Positions 17,083-19,890 of a stretch of DNA of 19,890 bases are shown piece after piece. The first letter of the stretch is position 1. Each line of letters begins with the position of its first letter. The notes beneath the pieces are model-generated. The model was not told where the DNA came from. It worked only from the letters and a program-made list of their open reading frames with translations, and searched no databases. The stretch comes from Planctomycetota bacterium (lineage in GTDB: Bacteria; Planctomycetota; GCA-002687715; DRQF01), in assembly GCA_027001995.1 (NCBI GenBank), contig JALTLO010000065.1:1-19890 (forward strand), in the 5' to 3' direction. Both the position numbers and the translations under genes were made by a program.

Positions 17083-18279
17083 TTAAGATCTCTGGCCTAA
17101 TTGCTGTTGTACCCACTCATACTCTCTTGTGACGTCCTTGAGGAGGTTTTCGGGGCTGGTTACTTGCCCACGACGCTCTGGCATGACGGTCCAGGAGTAG
17201 GTCTCGATTTCTAAGTGCTCACAATCTCGAAAACTGATGACTTCCTGCAAGGTCTCTTTCAGGTCCCTCTGGGTTGTCTTGAGAGAAGCGATTTCTTCGA
17301 GAAAAATGGGCACATGAAAGTGGATGCGAGCAGAGACGTCTCGACGGTTGGCAGCGACTTTCAAAAACTCGGGTAGGTCGCCGAAATATTGTGTCTCGCC
17401 AGATTCGCTTTGAGCGATGACTTGGTGCAAATAGCGGTCTTCTGAGAAGGCGCTGAGTTCTCGGAGCCCTTGGGGATTCTCATGGGGCCGGTCAATTTCG
17501 AGGGCCGACGAAAGTTGCACTTTGCCGATGGGAATTCCCGCTGAACGCAAGGACCTCAACGATTTCTTCGGGTCTTCAAATTGTATGGACTGATGGCAGC
17601 AGTCAAAGCAAATGCCTATGTGGCGTCTGATACGCGTTTCAAGCCCAGGTTGATGGGCCAAGAGTTGGTCGTTGTAGAAGGCAATGAATTCGGCCGTTGT
17701 TTCGAATGTGCATCCTGGCTCGGGTTCGATGGCCAAAACGATGAGTCGCCCGGTTTCCTTCTCGAGCTGGGCTAAGTATTCAGCCATGCTTCTTAGGTTC
17801 TGGGCAATGAGATTGACGTCCACTCGAGGGAAGGCTTTGAAGGATCCGGGGGACGTACTCATCGATTGCTGACTGCTTTGGCAGGGGAGGCGAGATAGAG
17901 ATTCTGCCACAAGCTTGGAATACGCCAAGCGTTCCTCAGAATGCCAGTCAGGCAGATAGACCGATTCTTTGACGGACTCACTGTGGAAGTTCCCCATGGG
18001 AAAGGCGTTGGCAGTGAGGACTTGGCCGTTGAATTTCTTTAGATGGCTGAGCAAGACTTCGAACTTGGGATCATGTTGAGGGGCTGTAGACAGAGCTTTT
18101 TGGGACAGCCAGATTCCTAAGTCAAAACCGGACTCTTCCTTCCGATTTTTGATCTTTTTGGCCAAGAGCGGCCAGAAATGTTCGGCGACATCTAAGAGAT
18201 CTTCAAACTCTTCAATGGGATGAAGATTTGAGCAATACGTTAAGTGCACCTGATGCTGCTTGGGGAGTGAAATGATCAT
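17083..18279 (-). CDS. eboE: EboE-family protein (xylose isomerase-like TIM barrel)
   Basis: HLTYCSNLHP, LGIWLS, NAFPMGNFH...VKESVYLPDW, LAIEPEPGC, GICFDCCH, IGKVQLSSAL, EDRYLHQ, RIHFHVP, HLEIETYSW. Confidence 0.9.
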   Translation of the reverse strand: MIISLPKQHQVHLTYCSNLHPIEEFEDLLDVAEHFWPLLAKKIKNRKEESGFDLGIWLSQKALSTAPQHDPKFEVLLSHLKKFNGQVLTANAFPMGNFHSESVKESVYLPDWHSEERLAYSKLVAESLSRLPCQSSQQSMSTSPGSFKAFPRVDVNLIAQNLRSMAEYLAQLEKETGRLIVLAIEPEPGCTFETTAEFIAFYNDQLLAHQPGLETRIRRHIGICFDCCHQSIQFEDPKKSLRSLRSAGIPIGKVQLSSALEIDRPHENPQGLRELSAFSEDRYLHQVIAQSESGETQYFGDLPEFLKVAANRRDVSARIHFHVPIFLEEIASLKTTQRDLKETLQEVISFRDCEHLEIETYSWTVMPERRGQVTSPENLLKDVTREYEWVQQQLGQRS

Positions 18280-19890
18280 GCCCCGAGTATAACGTCGAAT
18301 CGATATCCGTGTGGGTTTTCTCCACCTCGGATATGCCGATCATGGCAATCATCTCCATGGCCAGAGAATCGGTCATGGAGTGCTCCAACTCTGGGCGGGA
18401 ATGAGACAGCAGAATAGGGCCACAAATCGGTGAGGAGGCCAGGAGTTGTCCCAAGACCTTTTCGTTTTCTTTACCCACAGCCAATCCCAGATCTAAGACG
18501 ACGTGGCCGATGGATGGGATTTGAGGTAGTTGGTCGGCGGGGTAGAACAGCCGCAGGATCAAGGCGACAAGGGAATTTGTCGTGGAAGAGGGAGCATGTT
18601 TGAATTTGGGCATCAGGTCGTCCAGGAACAACTCGGGTGCTTCTGCGCCTAAGTACCTTTGCAGTAGAGGCACAAATACATGGTTGAGATGTTGGGCTAA
18701 GCGAGCTGTTGGTGTGTTCGTCGTCTTGCTTGCCTTCTTCGTCTTATTGCCATTGAGGGCCAGAGTTTTCTCTGTGGCCTTGAGCTTTTCTAAGGCCTGC
18801 ACAACCATCTCTCTTTCGATTTTTTGTCTTACTTGGGCACTTACGGCATTTTCAACGCGCTTGCCGGACTCTTCCAGGGCGTGGCTCCAGTCAGAGAGAA
18901 TACTCATCACGGACTGGGTTACGCGGACGAGAGGAACAGCGGGCAGTTTCGAATCGCGGATTTCCGCGGCTTGGGACAAAGGGGATTCCAATGCTTTTGC
19001 CAAAGTCCGAACAATGGAAAGCTCTTCATCTGTGTCCACATAGGGGGCGATGGTCTCGTTTAAGAACCTTCCCATATCACGTCGTCCGATGCGATCCACC
19101 AAAGTTCGAATTGACTCTGGGTTGAGGTCTTCGCCTGAGGCCGCAGTACCCACGCGCAAACACAATTTGGCTGCCTTATCCCGCAGTTGCCGTCGTCTCT
19201 TGGTTGTGGCTTTCGCCTTTTTGGTGGTGAGTACAATGCGATTCATCCGCTTGACCCAGGCCCAGATAACGCCGCCGATGGCGGCAACAACAGTGACGAT
19301 GGCGGCGTAGGTCAGAAGAGGTTCATCTAAGATCTGGCCGATGGCTGCTGCACCACAACTCATCATCAAGGCGATGATGATGGACGCGCGAACTGCGAAG
19401 CTCACTCCTTGGGAAAGGGCTGAACGATAGGAGTTCGTCTCGGCGTCTAAGCTGTCCATTTCATTTGCGATTTTTTCGAGTTCGCAAAGGATAGGAGCGG
19501 TGGCAGGGAGGAGAGCTGTTTGGTCTTTCGATTTCGTGTTCTTGAATTCTTCGTTTAAGCGAATGCGGCGTTCTAAGAGGCGTTTTTCGATTTCTCTCGT
19601 TTGTTCTAGTGCCTTGAGAAGCTCGCCAATGGCTGGAGGATCGACAGGTTCATAGTTCAGTTGTGTGCTGGGCTCAGGCATCATCTGCAATTGCTTTTCT
19701 AAAGCAATCCGCTTGCTGCGAACTTCTCCCAGATCTTCCGTGACTTCCATCTGAACGACAGGCTTTTTTTCTTCTAACTGGGGGATGAACTGTTGCTGGA
19801 TGTGGGCGCGAAGAGATTCTTGGCCCGCGCCGATGATGAACGATCTTCCATCCACAAGGACCGCTTTCGTGAAGGCAGCCATGTTTAAGC
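18212..19890 (-). CDS. Hypothetical coiled-coil protein with two predicted transmembrane helices; probably 5'-truncated by the window edge
   Basis: The frame stays open upstream of ATG 19882 to the window end. Heptad-rich E/K/R/L segments, a hydrophobic pair ASIIIALMMSCGAAAIG / LLTYAAIVTVVAAIGGVIWAWV, then a strongly basic stretch. Confidence 0.7.
   Translation of the reverse strand, partial: LNMAAFTKAVLVDGRSFIIGAGQESLRAHIQQQFIPQLEEKKPVVQMEVTEDLGEVRSKRIALEKQLQMMPEPSTQLNYEPVDPPAIGELLKALEQTREIEKRLLERRIRLNEEFKNTKSKDQTALLPATAPILCELEKIANEMDSLDAETNSYRSALSQGVSFAVRASIIIALMMSCGAAAIGQILDEPLLTYAAIVTVVAAIGGVIWAWVKRMNRIVLTTKKAKATTKRRRQLRDKAAKLCLRVGTAASGEDLNPESIRTLVDRIGRRDMGRFLNETIAPYVDTDEELSIVRTLAKALESPLSQAAEIRDSKLPAVPLVRVTQSVMSILSDWSHALEESGKRVENAVSAQVRQKIEREMVVQALEKLKATEKTLALNGNKTKKASKTTNTPTARLAQHLNHVFVPLLQRYLGAEAPELFLDDLMPKFKHAPSSTTNSLVALILRLFYPADQLPQIPSIGHVVLDLGLAVGKENEKVLGQLLASSPICGPILLSHSRPELEHSMTDSLAMEMIAMIGISEVEKTHTDIDSTLYSGHDHFTPQAASGALNVLLKSSSH

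Overview
Bacterial chromosomal window, roughly 50% GC by eye. The secreted HEAT/vWA and low-complexity/TPR proteins suggest Planctomycetota, but this is weak inference. The left part (1-8253) is a complete type I-C CRISPR-Cas locus on the minus strand: cas3-cas5c-cas8c (with an internal cas11c start)-cas7c-cas4-cas1-cas2-leader-array. Five identical 32-bp repeats and four spacers are visible, and the array probably runs off the left edge. Directly upstream and co-oriented is an AAA_14/DUF4143-type ATPase with a C-terminal PD-(D/E)xK-like motif. Its upstream intergenic region is mostly filled by 32-bp-phased direct repeats that overlap a predicted leaderless sigma70 promoter; this is the most intriguing unexplained structure in the window. 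The right half holds a secreted HEAT-repeat/vWA protein, a divergent secreted Ser/Arg-rich + aromatic low-complexity + TPR-like protein, a convergent terminator, leuS, an isolated eboE, and a probably 5'-truncated membrane-anchored coiled-coil protein with a degenerate SMC/YhaN-like C-terminus.
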